Source: Vicugna vicugna (Eukaryota). Taken from it: 64,000 nt of DNA. How positions within the stretch are numbered: position 1 is the first letter of the stretch; each line of letters opens with the position of its first letter. The translations under genes were made by a program, and so were the position numbers. Below the pieces are notes generated by a model, which saw only the letters and a program-made list of their open reading frames with translations, did not search any database and had not been told where the DNA came from. Location: the NCBI GenBank assembly GCA_013265495.1, contig MU057597.1, positions 560,207 through 624,206 on the forward strand, written 5' to 3'. This document shows, piece after piece, positions 11,561-24,806 of the stretch.

Positions 11561-12469
11561 TTTAAAGGAATAAAGAAGCTGGGGAGTGGTGATTGGATTT
11601 GTTCATTTGTTTAAAGAATAAATAAAGCTAATTACCCTACCCCCACCCCCAAGAAAAGAACAGAGGGTGGCGGTTTTAGCCCTCTGACATCAAAAGGTCC
11701 CCAGCACATGCCCAGTTGGCCCAGCTGGAGGGTTGTGGTTCCTTTCCACTTAACTGGCTCTGCTGGAACTGGACACAGCTGACTCCAAGTTCCTGGAAAA
11801 CAGGCAAACATCTCATTGCTTGGGCTACCTGCTGCTTGAAGGACACGCTTGTTTTTCTAGCAACATATTAAAAGGACCTCGATTAGTGAAGGTGGGTTCC
11901 AGGTGAAGTGGATTTAACTAATGATTACCTGTGGTTTCCACATGTGGCTTGGTTCATGTTGGGAGTTGAACTCAGTGTTTGCCACACTTCATGTCGTTCC
12001 ATCTTCCTAAAGCTGTGATTGCCAGCGTAGACACATGGGTGCTAATGAGAGATGGTTTGCCACCTCTGGAGCTTCCTGGGTGAAATCTGAAACTGGCCAC
12101 CACATGAGGAGGAATAAAGAGAGCCTGAAGAAGGAGGCAGATCTCTCCAGATTGGTAGGTGGCAGTTCTAATAAGCAAGGAAACTTACATACAAGGCTTG
12201 TCTAGGGCGGCCACAAGATGAGTGGATCTCTGTGCCTGCCCATCAAAATCTTAAAAGTTTATGCCATCCAAGTGGTGTCAGTAACACTTTACTCTTTCAA
12301 GGCTGCATCCTTGGAACAGCTCCCACTGTGAGAACAGCAGGCAGAGCTCACATTCCAAGGACAGCGGAGGGCTTCTTCAGAGACAGTTTTTGTTAATTTC
12401 TTCTCCTATTCATCTTCCTCCCCCTTCTCCTTCTTCTTTAATGGCTCATGCATAAAAAAATTACTTTGT

Positions 12470-12668
12470 GATAAACAAGATTACACTGTATAGCACAGGG
12501 AAATATACACAAAATGTTATGATAAATCACAGAGAAAAAAATGTGACAGTGAGTGTGTATATGTCCATGAATGACTGAAAAATTGTGCTGAACACTGGAA
12601 TTTGACACAACATTGTAAAATGATTATAAATCAATAAAAAATGTTAAAAAAAGAATACACACACACAC
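12470..12668 (+). mobile_element. 5'-truncated young L1 3' end
   Basis: Matches 63056-63230; 16-bp TSD AAAAAAATTACTTTGT at 12454-12469 and 12669-12684. Confidence 0.92.
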
Positions 12669-13359
12669 AAAAAAATTACTTTGTATGTTTCATTCGTTTT
12701 GGTGGAAAAATGTACATTTGGAATGCTCTAATGTGCTAACATTGAAAATCAGATTCTGCCTGGTGATGGCTAATTTTAGTATCAACTTGCAAGACTATGA
12801 TGCCTAGTGGAGACATGGTAGTGAAGGTGTTTTTCGGTTGTGGTTGACGTTTTAGTTAGCCTGTTCCTTTCCAGGCTTTTGGGTCTGGTTTTTTCCTTGC
12901 CCCTACTGTTGTCCTTTGACCTATGCTGCTGAAGTCAATACTTAATAGCTTTAAATGCTGGAGCAAAAGCTGTCTGGGAATCTGCACCAGTCCTGAGGAT
13001 GCTCTGATTCTGGTGAAGCAAAGGCAAGCCCTTCCCCTTGTCCTCCAGGCAGATCAGTCAAAACACCAAAGCACAGTTCTTTGTATAACTCCTTCTGGTA
13101 AAAGCTGTATGCACTGGAGTGTGTGGTGGCTTCCTGTGACTGCCGTTCACTTGGGGTGTTGGTGATGGGAGTCAGGCGATTTCATACACTACAGCACTCT
13201 CTTAGGACAAAGCGGCATCGTCTTCTCACATGAAGTCTTCCCCTGACTGTCGTCTGTTAATTGCTGCAGAGTTCTGCAAAAGCCGATTCTGACAGCTGAT
13301 TTTTTTTTTTTTTGCCAGCTCATCAGTTGCTTTTGTGGAGAAATGAAGCCTTAAGTTTT

Positions 13360-13910
13360 CTTTTTAAAAAAATATTTTTGTTGAAATATAGTCTGTTTAC
13401 AATGTTGTGTCAATTTCTGGTGTACAGCACAATGCTTCCATCATACAGGAACATACACATATGTGTTTCCATATTCTTTTTCACCATAAGTTACTACCAG
13501 ATATTGAATATAGTTCCTTGTGCTATACAGTATAAACTTATTGTTTATCTATTTTATATATTATTAGTTAGTATCTGCAAATCTCAAACTCCCAATTTAT
13601 TCCTTCCTTTATACCCCTTTTCCTCGCTGGTAATCATAAGTTAATTTGTGTTCTATGTCTGTGAATCTGTTTCTGTTTTGTAAATAAGTTTGTCTTATTT
13701 TTTTTTTAGATTCCACATATATGTGATATAATATGGCATTTTTCTCTTTCTGGCTTACTTAGAATGACAATCTCCAGGTCTACCCATGTTGCTGCAAGTG
13801 GCATTATTTTATTCTTTTTTATGACTGAGAAGTATTCCATTGTATAAATATACCACAACTTCTTTATCCAGTTATCTGTCCAAGGACAGTTAGGCTGTTT
13901 CCATGCCTTA
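13360..13910 (-). mobile_element. L1 3' UTR fragment
   Basis: Reverse-complement similarity to 62700-63230. Confidence 0.85.
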
Positions 13911-15018
13911 AGCCTCGAGTTCTCACTCCATCACTCAACTGTCTGTTTTTTAACAAAGTTTCATTGGAGCTCAGCTCTACCCATTCATTTACATATTGTT
14001 GTCAGGACAAGAGCAGAGTAGTTTACAAAGCCTATGATCATTATTATGTGGCTGTGTACAGAAAAAACAATTGCTACTTGTGATGTAGATTTATGTTTTA
14101 GTGTGTGTTTATAAAATTTGGAAAATGAAAGAACACTGAAAAGTCCTTTTTAGGGTCCAATACTAAGCGAGGGTGACACAAAATTGGTCTCAATGGGAGG
14201 AAGAAACCAAAATTCATTCAGAGCCAGCTGGTCTTGGATTCAGAACAAGGAGGATACAGAGATGAGGGAGTAGGTTGCAATTTGGTTGAAACTACATTTT
14301 ATGAAATGTTAAAATATCTTCCTTTATGACTTCAACATTGGAGACACAGATTGGAAAAAGTTGCAGGTGAAAACATTTACAAACCCTTTAATTGAACTCA
14401 GTGGGCACTCATAAATGAAAGTGACAGTGTTCCCATTGGCGGCTCCGGGGGTAGGTTACAGGAAAAGTGCGTCTCCTAAAAAGTACTTGCCAAGCTAGTA
14501 TCACACATCTCAGACAGTTTTGGAAAATGACATCAAATCCCTTCCCACTAATTCATTATTTTACCCTCCCCTAGGAATTAAAGAGCTTGGCCTAAAGGAC
14601 ATTTTTTGGGAAAACCCCAAATGGGTCATGATTTTAGATTCTCTGTTTATATCTCAACATTCCTAGGGAACTTTTTCTTTTATGTGTTTATTTTTTTAAA
14701 GCATCAACACTCAAAAACACACGCAACTCATTTACATAGGCCTTGACTTTTAAGCCCTGAAAACACACATGCAAAAATACGGAATCCCAAATTTCAGATT
14801 TGTATCTGTATTTATAATTGTAAATGTGTGCAATAGATATTTGTACACCTCACCAGGCTTTATGACAAATTGCTCAATTATCACACTTTCACACAGGCAT
14901 TCCATAGATACGGTTTGAAACTGGCACACCCTGTCACCCTCTGTCACCTACCAAATGCACTTTTAAGGTACTCATCACTGTATTACATTTTACGTAATTA
15001 ATGCTCACTTATCCCCGT

Positions 15019-15365
15019 TGTCTTAATCCTTTTAGGCTGCTGTAACAAAAATACTACAGACTGGGTGGCTTAAATAACTGGAATAACTAATTTATTCCTG
15101 ACAGTTCTGGAAGATAGTAGGTTCTAGACAAAGCACCAGCAGATCCCGTGTTGGGTGAGGGCCCTCTTCCCGGTTCATAGATGACCATCCCCTCCCTGCG
15201 TCGTCACAAGATGGACTGGGGGAGAAAGCTCTTTGGGGTCTCTTTCTAATTACATCCTCCCTGAGAATCCAGTCACCTCTCAAGAACTCCAGACCCTGAT
15301 AAGATCAAACTGGGTGTTAGGATTTCAACGTACAAATTTTGGGAGGGCACATTCAGTCCATAGCA
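15019..15365. mobile_element. MaLR LTR (MLT1/MST type)
   Basis: TGTCTTA...GGCTGCTGTAACAAAATACTACAGACTGGGTGGCTTAAA...CATTCAGTCCATAGCA. Confidence 0.8.
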
Positions 15366-15648
15366 CCAATAGAGAAAAGCCACTTGGGGCCAGAGAATAG
15401 GTTTTGTTTTCTGCTAGGTCACTAATGAGAATAGCTCCTGACAGAGAGCAAGTCTTTCATTATCACGCTGCTTTTCTTCTCAACGTGGCAAGACAGCTTC
15501 TGTAAAACAATGAAGAGTGAAGGCTGAGGGGCAACCGTCCTACTTTTATAAGGGTTGGTCCTATTTACTGTGGAAGTGGAAATCCCCAAGGAACCTTTTC
15601 CATCTTTGTGTGTGTGTGTGTGTGCGCGCGCTGCTTCTGTTTAGAGGG

Positions 15649-16000
15649 TGTGATGGTTCATGTCCGTGTCAACCTGCCCAGGTCACAGGGTGCTCACATG
15701 ACTGGTTAAGCATCATCCCGTGTGTGTCCGTGAGGGTGCATCTGGGTGAGATTAACATTAAACAGGTGGACTGAGTAAAGCAGACTGCCCTCCCCGGTGC
15801 GGATGGGCCTCCTTCAGTCCCTCCACGAACTGACTAGAACAAGGGTGTTAAGTAAAGAAGAATTTGCTCTATCTTTTTGGCTGTCTGGAGCCAGGAGGCA
15901 GGTTTCTTTCCTGTCTTCTAACTTGGGTTTAGGCTGGTACTTACGCGATTGGCTCTCCTGGATCTCCAGATTGCCAGCTACAGATCCTGGGATTTCTCTG
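15649..16000 (+). mobile_element. ERVL LTR (MLT2 type)
   Basis: TGTGATGGTT...GTGTCAAC...GAGATTAACATT...GACTGAGTAAAGCAGA. Confidence 0.75.
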
Positions 16001-16074
16001 AGCCAACACCTTGCAATACACCCCCCTCCTTCAATATGTAAGCACATTATTAAAGTACATACTTGGCATGTTGA

Positions 16075-16300
16075 CTGTGTGCATGTGGTTTTGTGAGTGT
16101 GAAGGGAAACATGTGAGTATGAGTATGTTTAACAATGAGTGTGTGTGAGTGTGTGCTTCTGAGTGTAAGTTCTGGAAAGTGCATACAAGAATGTGTGTTA
16201 GTGTGTGAGGCTATAGTGCTGCGTATTGAGTGTGTGTTGCAAATACACATGTGTGTTTTCATGTATATGGAAATGTGTTTGAGTGTGTGTTTGTGCACAT
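16075..16300. repeat. Degenerate (TG)n low-complexity tract
   Basis: TG/TA alternation. Confidence 0.7.
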
Positions 16301-16946
16301 GAACCGAAGGGTTGTACTCAACTGTGGCTCTATTCTGACTTGGATATGGAGAGTATTAAATACATGACATGGGTGAAATTGTGTATTTGTTTTTAAGGAA
16401 AAGTAAAGAATCAGTTGGACCTCATTTTGAGTTTCTAATTCATTACAAAGGCAATTAAACCTCAATACTGAAAATTCAGGAAAAAGTAGGTATAGAAAAA
16501 TGGAATCATCCAATGCTACTTACATGAGGAAGCAGCACTGACTTAATGCTTCCTCAAACCGTTGGATCCTGGTGCTTTTCCGCTTGAGGGACTCATAAAC
16601 CTTTCCCTTTCTGTAGATGTTGTTCTCTTTAGACTTCTTATCACTAGTGGAGAGATCAACATTGGTAAAGTATATTTTCCAAACCAATTTCCATATCATC
16701 TACACTTCCAAATAACTGGCATTGAAACATGAAAGATCATCCAAGGATATCTCATGTCAATGATTGACATCATCCTCTTCTCTTTGACTGTAACACCTTG
16801 CAAATCCTTTTAGGTACTTTGATTTTACTTCTATGATTCTAACTTAAATGATGGGGCATTTCAGCCGTCTGGATATTAGAAAGTACTCAATTTTCTGTAG
16901 AATTTCTCAGGAGAGCAGAGAATGCAGTGAAATTCTGCTGTTTCAG

Positions 16947-17065
16947 TGGGGAGGGATGACTCAGGGGCAGAGCACATGCTGATAGCATGCATGAATACCT
17001 GGGTTCAATCCCCAGTACCTCCATTAAAAAAACATACAAGAATAGTGAAAACAAAAATAAAAAAA
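16947..17065 (+). mobile_element. Camelid tRNA-derived SINE
   Basis: CTGGGTTCAATCCCCAGTACCTCCATTAAAAAA. Confidence 0.8.
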
Positions 17066-17269
17066 GGAATTCTGGTGTCTCCCTGACATTCCCTCACCTG
17101 ACCTGCATTCCCTGACAGGCAATTTTTGCCCTTTTTCCTGTGAACTTCAGTCTACCTCCTGGAATTTGTGCAAAAGAAAGAGCCTCTTCCATACACTGCC
17201 GAGGTCTCTGGGGAGATGCTAACTTAGAACTTGTCATTGTTGTTTTCAGTAGCTAGCCACTGGGAAAAA

Positions 17270-17527
17270 GTTTTTCACAAATATTCTCAGCTTCCCACGT
17301 CTGCATACTCATTGTAGCTACAGGTGAAAAGATAATTGCGGTTCCAAGGCGAGGTGAGGTCACAGAATCACAAAGTCATATACAGGGTCTGGCTGCCGCC
17401 CTCCCACATGAGCTGCTTGCTGTGACCATCACCCTGAGCCCACCTTTCTGGCAGTAGGAGGTTTTTGGGGAGTATTTCCTATTTCAATTTGAGAGGCAGG
17501 CTGCAAAGAAACCTCTCAGGCATGTGG
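17270..17527 (+). promoter_or_regulatory. V1R conserved promoter block and non-coding exon 1 (gene at 18440)
   Basis: Homologous to 50870-51131 and to 32754-33025 on minus; donor GG|GTAAGT at 17528; acceptor at 18389 or 18394. Confidence 0.75.
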
Positions 17528-18439
17528 GTAAGTGACCCTATCAGGAGAAGGGATTGTTCTGGGTTTGAAGTTGATCCAGTCCCAAAGCCACACAGCAAGG
17601 AGGAAGAATACTGAGGCTTGAGCTGACCTAGTAAGGAGAGACAGGGTCCTAGACCCTGCACCAGTCCCCGATGTCTCCTAATGTGATTTAGTATAATCCT
17701 CAATGACAGTGATTGTGGGAGTTCCATCCACGAAGCAATGAAACCTGATTTTAAAGGTGCTTAAGGACTGCAGTTTGAAATCAATCTGCTTGTGAGGCTT
17801 GCTTTCAGGACCCAGAGACTAAGTTTTCAGGATTACTAGAGCTTTGGTATTAATACAGGGATCAGTCATTCTGGATGGCAATCGCCATACTAAGAAAGTT
17901 TTCTCTAGATCTGGGAGTGTGAAGTGCTTAATGGACACAGTGTGTCTCTACTAAAAACACCTGTGGTCTGTTGATTTGATGAGACTTTTTCCCCCCTTGA
18001 ATTTAGGGAAGCAGCACTTAAGAGAGAATAACTTTTATAAATAATGGGTTTCTGATGTCAGGTTCAAACACATACCATGATATTTTCCCTGCTTTAAAAA
18101 TTCTAACGTCAGTCACAAACTCCGGAATTTCCATTTATAAATGACACAGTATTTACAAAGTAAAGTTTCAGCTTTGCATAGAAACCAAAGAATAAGTTAG
18201 TAACTGCTTGTACATTTTTCATAGCAGTGATTTGGATGTTGTAAGTCTTCTTTAAAGGTTATACATACAGCTCCTTGAGCCTAATAATAAAAATGATCTA
18301 ATGAAATGTTTCTCAGTGAGAAATAAAGTAAGTGGAGAATACTGGGTTTTAATTGACAAGATACCAGTAACCCATTCCTTGTCTTCCAGCACAGGATCCT
18401 TTGGCTCTGTACACGTTCCAGTCACTGGGAACCAGCAGA

Positions 18440-19336
18440 ATGTCTTCCAAGGATCTGACAATGGGAGTGGTCTACTTAACACAGACTGTAGTTGGAATCT
18501 TGGGGAATGTCTGTTTTCTTTACCATTGTCTCTGGAGGTCAAGGCCAATAGATTTTATTCTTAAGCACCTGATGTTAGCCAACTCCTTAGTCATTCTCTC
18601 TAAAGGAGTCACCCAGACAATGGCAAGTTTGGGGTTGAAACTTTTTCTCAGTGATGCTGGATGCAAAGTTATTTTCTATGTTCACAGGGTGAGCAGGGGT
18701 GTGTCCATTAGCACTACCTGCCTCTTGAGTGTCTTCCAGGCCATCATGATCAGCCCCAGGAGCTCCAGGTGGGCTGAACATAAAGCAAAAGCTCCCAAGT
18801 ATGTGGGCATCTCTATTTCCTTATGCTGGTCACTAAACATGATGCTTAAAGGTACAGTTGTTTTGTATGTAACTGGCAAGTTGGGCAAGAAAAATATCAC
18901 CCATAAAAGAGATTTTGGACACTGTTATGTTGAATTTCTTGATGAAATCACAGACTCATTGAATACAGTATTGGTTTCAATCCCTGACGTGTTCTGCTTG
19001 GGGCTCATGCTGTGGGCCAGCAGCAACATGGTTTTCATCCTGCACAGGCATAAGCAGCAGGTCCAGTATATTCATAGGACCAGTGTCTCCTGCCAATCAG
19101 CCCCTGAGACCAGAGCCACCCAAAGCATCCTTGTCCTGGTGAGCACCTTTGTGTCTTTTTATACCCTCTCCTTTATCTTTCACATTTACTTCTCTGTTGT
19201 AAATCATTCCAGTTTTTGGCTAGTGAACACCTCTGTACTAATGTCCGCATGTTTCCCGACTGTCAGCCCTTTTGTGTTCATGAACAGGGACTCCAGTGCA
19301 CTCAGGCTCTGCTTTCCCTGGATAAGGATTACATAA
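18440..19336 (+). CDS. VN1R4-like: Vomeronasal type-1 receptor, 298 aa, open ORF
   Basis: V1R motifs GILGN, GCKVIFYVHRVSRG, TTCLLSVFQAI, LHRHKQQVQYIH, PETRATQSIL, CFPTVSPFV. First ATG at 18440; the track start at 18401 is TTG. Confidence 0.95.
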   Translation: MSSKDLTMGVVYLTQTVVGILGNVCFLYHCLWRSRPIDFILKHLMLANSLVILSKGVTQTMASLGLKLFLSDAGCKVIFYVHRVSRGVSISTTCLLSVFQAIMISPRSSRWAEHKAKAPKYVGISISLCWSLNMMLKGTVVLYVTGKLGKKNITHKRDFGHCYVEFLDEITDSLNTVLVSIPDVFCLGLMLWASSNMVFILHRHKQQVQYIHRTSVSCQSAPETRATQSILVLVSTFVSFYTLSFIFHIYFSVVNHSSFWLVNTSVLMSACFPTVSPFVFMNRDSSALRLCFPWIRIT

Positions 19337-20991
19337 ATGTGTGTATTTGCACAGTGTCCAATTGTCTCTTCATCCCCCTCAGGGTCCTCAGCCCATTTAT
19401 GGGATGATCACTTTACAAGACACTGCTGAGTAAGACAGACCATGCTTCTGCTCTACAATAAACAATCCAATACGGTTATCAATGAGTTATGATGGAAATA
19501 TTTACACAACTGAAGTTTTATTAAGACTTCCAGTGGAGGAGTTCAGAGTCTATGGAAGAATAAAATGAAAGATCCTTAAAAAAATCTGGGGATTTTGGAG
19601 ATTTCACTGAATGTGTAACATGTATGTAATATGTATGCTGGGAGGTTAAGTAGGTTTGGGAGTGTAGGAAATGTTTTGTGAATGCCGAGCAGAATGAAAG
19701 GTGGTCACTCTGGATACTGAAGAAATAAAGATGCTCTCATAAAACACTGGGTACCATAGAGTGAAGATGGAGGATAAGTCTAATTTATGGGAGTTGTGGT
19801 TTTGAAGTCCTCATGATGAGATTTGTCTGTGACAGCTTTCGAGAGACGGTAGTCATTTGAAATACGATGTTATGAAGAGAGAGTAGTATATTGAAGAATA
19901 TTATATTGAAAACATTTTCATGGGAAAAAGGGTCAGAAGGAAATTCAGTAGGACAAAATAGAGCACAAAATATGTTTTTAGTGATTTTAAAAGAAACCAA
20001 GTAAATGTTGCCAGTGGGAAATGAAATGATATCTGGGAGGAACTAGCATGCATTTTGGGATCAATAGAAGGTAGATTTGTTCTTTAGTCTGTGAAAATGT
20101 CACCTGGGAATGTTGAAGAAAAGAGATTCAAGTGCGTTTTCATGTCTGTAGGTGAGAAAGAAATGAGTCTGTGGTAGAGTCTTCATTCATTTTGGAGAGG
20201 TTGAGACAAATCCTCTTGAAAGGCGAAGCCAAGAAATAATTTTGTGTGTGTGTGGAGTTTCTGGCTCATGGATTTTAAAACATTTCCTTAATTTTATGAA
20301 AGATTTCAAAATGGCTCTCTCTGCATTTATCTTACTAAAGCAGAAGCAATGTAATGAAGTTTTAGAATTTTTAAAAAAAGAATTAATTTGGCAGCTGGAC
20401 TTAATGGATATATATTGAACATATGCCACAAAAATAAAGAAAGGTGTTTTATCTCGTAAGAGACACTTGAAAACACCAGACTATGTCACAAGCAAGATAT
20501 ACATGTGTGCACATGCATATATCCATGTGTATCTGTCTAAAAATGTACATATACACATATATGTTTCTATGCACATGTTTTTTATCACTTAAATGTATAA
20601 AATCAGTTATGTTTGTTTTCATCAATTAGCAGTACTGCAAGAGTGTAAATGAAGAACTCAACAATGAAGACTAATTACAATAAAAACAAACTATTTAAAC
20701 TTAATGTCTCCTTTATCTGATATGTACACTTTATCTGCTATGCCGTGGTAGTTGTCTCATTGGTTACAAAATTGTGTGAAATGTATATTTCACTTTTTTA
20801 TTAAAAGCCTTATGTTTTCACGCTATTTTTTGACAAAATATCCAAAGCATTATTGAAAAAATTGTTTGATTTTTTTCAGGACTAATTAGTTTTTGATGGT
20901 TAATATAAAAATAAAAAATAAAAAATAAAAGATGCTGTTCTCAAAAAAAATAACAAATGAATATATTTGGAATTAGAGTCACCTACTTTGT

Positions 20992-21131
20992 CCTTTTTTA
21001 TATTTTTTAACTTTTTTAAATGAAAAAGTTATAGTCATTTTGCAATGTTGTGTCAAATTCCAGTGCAGAGCACAATGTTTCAGTTATACATGAACATACA
21101 CATATTCATTGTCACATTTTTTTCTGCTGTT
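20992..21131 (-). mobile_element. Short L1 3' end
   Basis: Matches L1 terminus; TSD ACCTACTTTGT at 20981 and 21132. Confidence 0.85.
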
Positions 21132-22259
21132 ACCTACTTTGTGCTGTTTATGACATATGTTTTATCTTCTTATTTCTAACCTCTTTGTTAAGCTTTTAAA
21201 ATAGTTCTATATTTTCCCCTTTCTTGCTGGAACTTGTATTCTCAGTATCTCATAGTTACAGTGTTCCTTTAAAAATTACTGATAATACAAAGTATATAGA
21301 AGTTTAACATTCACATTTACAATATCAGGGTTGCATCAAACTAATATTTGCCTTTTTTCCAACATTTTGTAATTGGTCATATGTATATATATTCAGATAT
21401 ATAAAGATAAATGTGTATAAATATACATATATACACATATTTAAAGGCAAAAGTGCTAGCTCAATGAAATTTGAAAAACAGAACACATGTCTGTAAGTAA
21501 CGTGTAGATCAAGAAACAATACTGTCACCCTCCCCGAATTTCCCCTCTGCCCTGTTCCAGGCACTGACCGCAAGAGTAACCACTATGTTGACATCTAACA
21601 GCGCACATCACTTCCAGCCTGATTTGTAATTTATATGAATTAAATAATGCACTGTTAACCCTTTTGTATTTGGATTTTACATCTCTTATGTTGTCTACGA
21701 AACCTGTTGTACAGTTACATGATGTTGGTAATTCCTGACGATCACTGTATAGGATTCCATTGTGAGAATATCAGTTAATGAATTAATCATTCCACTGTTC
21801 AAGAGCAAGTGGCTGGTTTTCAGGTTATGAAGATTATGAATATTGCTGGTATATAAATCCTAGAATTTGTGTTCTGGTGACCCATGTAAATATTTATGCT
21901 GGTTGCATGTGTAGCAGTGGAATTGCTGGGTCACAGGTTTATACATGTTAAGCTTTTTAAGATACTGTCAAACAGTCTCCAAAAGTTTTGTCCTTATCTT
22001 CACAGATATCTGCAGTTTATGACATTTCTGGTTTATCTAAATTCTTGCTAATACACATTAATTTCTGTCATTTTAATTTTCGCATTGTGGTTGGTACCAC
22101 GTGGGAGTTTTATTTCCACTTCCTGATGACTAAGAAAGTTAAGCATCTCTCCACGTGTTTACTAGCCACGGATGAATGTCTTTATTGAAGTGTCTTCTGG
22201 TTTATTTTGCTTGTTTTGTTTATTGTCGTTTTTTCCATACTAATCTGTAGTTCTTTATT

Positions 22260-22860
22260 TTTCTTTCTTTCTTTAAACTGAAGTAGAGTTGATTTTACAA
22301 TGTTGTCTTAGACTCTGGTGTACAGCATAGTGATTCAGTATACACACACACACATATGCATATATACATATTCTTTTTCATTATAGGTTACTACAAGATA
22401 TTGATTACAGTTTCCTGTGCTATACAGTAGGAGCTTAATGTTTATCTATTTTACATACGGTAGTTAGCATCTGCAAATCCCAAATTCCCATTTTATCCCT
22501 GCCCTCTTCCCCTCTGCTAACCATGCTTGTTTTCTATGTCTGTAAGTCTGTTTCTGTTTTACATACAAGTCCATTTGTATCATTTTCTTAGATGCCACAC
22601 ACAAGTGATATCATATGGTATTTGTCTTTCTCTTTCTGGTTTACTTCCCTTAATATGCTAATTTCTAGGTCCACCCATGTTGCTCCAAATGGCATTATTT
22701 CATTTTTTATGTCTGAGTATTATTCCATTGTGTCTGTATATATACACACACACCCACACATACCCTTTTTATCCAGTCATCTACTGATGGATATTTAGAT
22801 TGCTTCCATGTCTTGGCTATTTTAAATAGTGCTGCTGTGAACATTGTGGTGCATGTATCT
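22260..22860 (-). mobile_element. L1 3' UTR / ORF2-end fragment
   Basis: Similar to 13360-13910; stops abruptly at the T-run at 22860. Confidence 0.85.
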
Positions 22861-23120
22861 TTTTTTTTTAACACTTAATCAATGTTTATTTGCCACTGTT
22901 ATGGATATTAAGATGTAAATTTTTTCAGCAGTGTGGGAATCACAAGTTCGAATGCACACAAGCAACAACATGGTTTACCTGCTCCAGTCAAACATCAGGG
23001 AATGTTTGTATTTATCAGCTGAAGTGGCTCCACCCTATGGTGTTAGCACAAACATGGCTCACAATTCACAAACATCAGTTTTAAAACTAAGCGAATCTCC
23101 TCACATTTAAAAATGTGGAT

Positions 23121-23296
23121 GTGTAGCACAGGGAAATATATACAAGGTCTTGTGGTAGCTCACAGCATAAGAGAGTGTGACAATGAATATATGTATGTTC
23201 ACATATAACTGAGAAACTGTGCTCTACACTGGAACTTGACACAACATTGTAAAAGGACTATAACTCAATAAAAAATGTTAAATCTGAAAAACATTA
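23121..23296 (+). mobile_element. Short L1 3' end
   Basis: TSD AAAAATGTGGAT at 23109-23120 and 23297-23308. Confidence 0.9.
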
Positions 23297-23579
23297 AAAA
23301 ATGTGGATAGATTCACACAATTCAAAAATTGTGTATAATAAACTGTAACATTTGTATACTACCTTTATGTAATGTAATTTATGTTTGCATAAAATGTAGC
23401 TACAATATGTATGTTTTAAAAAACAGAAATGTTATCAGTTGTTATGCAGAGTAGAATAATGGATGATTCTTATTTTACATGTTTTAAAATTTTCAAAAAT
23501 TTCAGCAATAAATGTGTTGATTTTTAATCAGATAACAGGGTTACTTTCCATATTTATAGTTTCATAATCCTAATCTTTT

Positions 23580-24305
23580 AAGTGTCGTAAAATATACATA
23601 ACATAAAATGTACTATTTTAGCCATTTGTAAGTGTACAATTCAGTGGCATTAAGTACATTCATAATGTTGTGTAACCATCACCACTATCTGTTTCAAGAA
23701 AGTTTTTTATCATTCCAGATACTGTATACCCATTAAACTCTAACTCTCCATTCTTCCTTCCAGTCCCTGGAAACTTCTTTTCTACTCTCTGTTTCTCTGA
23801 ATTTGCTTATTCTAGGAACCTCATGTAACTGGAATCGTAAGGTATCTGTCCTTTGGCTTATTTCACTTTCTTAACATTTCAACATTCATCCACATTGCAG
23901 CACATGTCAGCATTTCATTCCTCTTTATGGCTAAATAATATTCCATTGTGTGTTTACACTGTGTTGGGCTCATCCATTCATGTACTGATAGACACTTGAG
24001 TTGTTTCTCCCTTTTGTCTACTGTGAACAATGCTGCTGTGCACACTGGTACACAAGTATCTATCTGAGTCTCTGCTTTCAGTTCTTTGAGTATGAACCCA
24101 GGAGAGGAACTGCTGGATCACATGGCAAATCTACATGTGACTTCTGGAGGAACCACCATACTGTTGCCCACAGCAGCTGCCCCATTTTACATTCCCAGCA
24201 GCAATGACCCAGGGCTCCAAATTCTCCTCCTCCTTGCCAACATTTGTCATTTTCCATTCCTTTGGACAATAGGATTCCTAATGGGTGTAAAGTGATATCA
24301 CTGTG
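23580..24305 (-). mobile_element. Old L1 (L1MB-type) ORF2 end / 3' UTR
   Basis: Minus-strand translations DKCWQG...HCCWECKMGQLLW and MCTAALFT...MEYYLAIKRNE. Confidence 0.85.
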
Positions 24306-24344
24306 CATATAAATTATTTTTCTATAATAAAACAGATGAATACG

Positions 24345-24505
24345 AATATTGATAGCACTTCCTAATGTCAGATACTGTTCTGAAGATATAATTTATTTAA
24401 TTCTTATAAAGGCCCAGTGAGGTAAGTACTGTTATTATCTTCAGTTGACGGGTAACGAAATTGAGGCGCAGGGAAGGCCAATAACTTACTCAAAGTGACA
24501 GGGTA
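24345..24505 (-). mobile_element. MIR SINE
   Basis: GAGGTAAGTACTGTTATTATC...GAAATTGAGGCGCAG...TAACTTACTCAAAGTGACA core. Confidence 0.7.
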
Positions 24506-24806
24506 TGAAAGTCATAAGTCAACACAGAAAAACTAAAATAGAGAGAGAAGTGACACAAAGATGAAAAACTCACAATCAGATCAAGAAGAAAAAACCAGCA
24601 TCAAACATCTAACATTTTCCAATTCATTGTAAATAATTGAAAGGAACTAAAAATAAATACATTGTGTTTTTCACCTATAAGTTTCCACTTATATTATTAC
24701 AAACTCATAGTGAACATGATTTGTTAGGGATGCAAACGTAATTTAGAAGTGCCATTGTGGAGAAACTACTTCTATCTGTCAGACATCTAAGTTGTCTCCT
24801 CCAATT

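Noticed and set aside
18401..18439. N-terminal extensions of V1Rs from the ORF track (also 31086-31109)
   Set aside because: TTG and GTG starts; V1R homology begins at ATG 18440 and 31085.
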